Below, one piece after another: positions 31,902-32,000 of a DNA stretch of 32,000 nucleotides; position 1 is the first letter of the stretch, and every line of letters begins with the position of its first letter. Made by a program: the position numbers and the translations under genes. The notes under the pieces were generated by a model. The model saw only the letters and a list, made by a program, of their open reading frames with translations. It ran no database searches and was not told the DNA's origin. Where the stretch lies: the NCBI RefSeq assembly GCF_001306055.1, contig NZ_LGHJ01000001.1:1-32000 (forward strand), given 5' to 3'. This DNA comes from Bellilinea caldifistulae (GTDB taxonomy: Bacteria > Chloroflexota > Anaerolineae > Anaerolineales > Anaerolineaceae).

Positions 31902-32000
31902 AGGAAGAAGCCCTGCCCAACTGGAGCGCCGTTGACCGGCTGCTGCACGAACCGGCTCGTCTTGCCATCGTCAGCATACTGGCGGTGGTCGAAAAAGCCG
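31898..32000 (+). CDS. Winged-helix transcriptional regulator, N-terminal fragment (continues beyond the window)
   Basis: MKEEALPNWSAVDRLLHEPARLAIVSILAVVEKA. The LHEPARLAI pattern is typical of small MarR/ArsR-like wHTH proteins paired with membrane proteins. Confidence 0.6.
   Translation, partial: MKEEALPNWSAVDRLLHEPARLAIVSILAVVEKA

Noticed and set aside
1-32000. Scan for CRISPR arrays, rRNA genes, IS elements, transposases, integrases and prophage genes.
   Set aside because: I saw no short regularly spaced repeats, rRNA-like stretches, DDE or tyrosine/serine recombinase motifs, or phage structural genes. The only repeats are the module duplication and the luxR-derived direct repeats.

Overview
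High-GC bacterial chromosomal segment: sample 60-nt lines count about 60% GC in the core and 30-45% in one island. The signals look Chloroflexota-like (a type-2 AspRS, a GAAC-N4-GTTC SOS box, an FMN-riboswitch-controlled NMT1-type ABC importer, and a split methylmalonyl-CoA mutase). The taxon is inference only.

Layout:
- 1-4.1 kb: conserved tuf(3' end)-rpmG-tRNA-Trp-secE-nusG-rplK-rplA-rplJ-rplL cluster with leader and terminator elements. rpoBC does not follow.
- 4.1-4.9 kb: lexA with its own SOS box.
- 4.95-7.9 kb (minus strand): consensus promoter, FMN riboswitch with attenuator, then a permease/binding-protein/ATPase importer (RibXY-type riboflavin importer candidate).
- 8.1-9.1 kb: TetR regulator plus a small membrane protein.
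- 9.16-12.3 kb: promoter, cobalamin riboswitch and a btuFCD-like importer, followed by a MoaD/ThiS-like GG protein.
- 12.6-15.5 kb (minus strand): ArsR-like regulator, MFS transporter and OsmC, with a 36-bp palindromic operator.
- 15.6-19.4 kb: small Cys protein, cNMP-binding-domain-only protein, NifU-like protein, SHOCT-like/poly-Pro protein, single half-size chromate transporter, tandem-Usp protein and a membrane-anchored hypothetical.
- 19.4-24.7 kb (minus strand): mutM, prs, GNAT, aspS, meaB and the B12-binding subunit of methylmalonyl-CoA mutase.

The most unusual region is 24.8-31.05 kb. A LuxR-type regulator sits divergent from an accessory island. The island holds two tandem, mosaic copies of a two-gene module (a membrane-anchored ~284-aa protein plus a secreted ~150-aa Tyr/Ser/Thr-rich protein, with no family I can recognise). 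It also holds three copies of a GTCATG-N8-CATGAC palindrome, a solo 70-aa LuxR HTH protein, a CHAP-domain hydrolase separated from its signal peptide by a frame change, and a putative lipoprotein. The island is bracketed by ~138-bp direct repeats made of the luxR 5' end, the second attached to a truncated luxR relic.

I saw no CRISPR array, rRNA, transposase or integrase.
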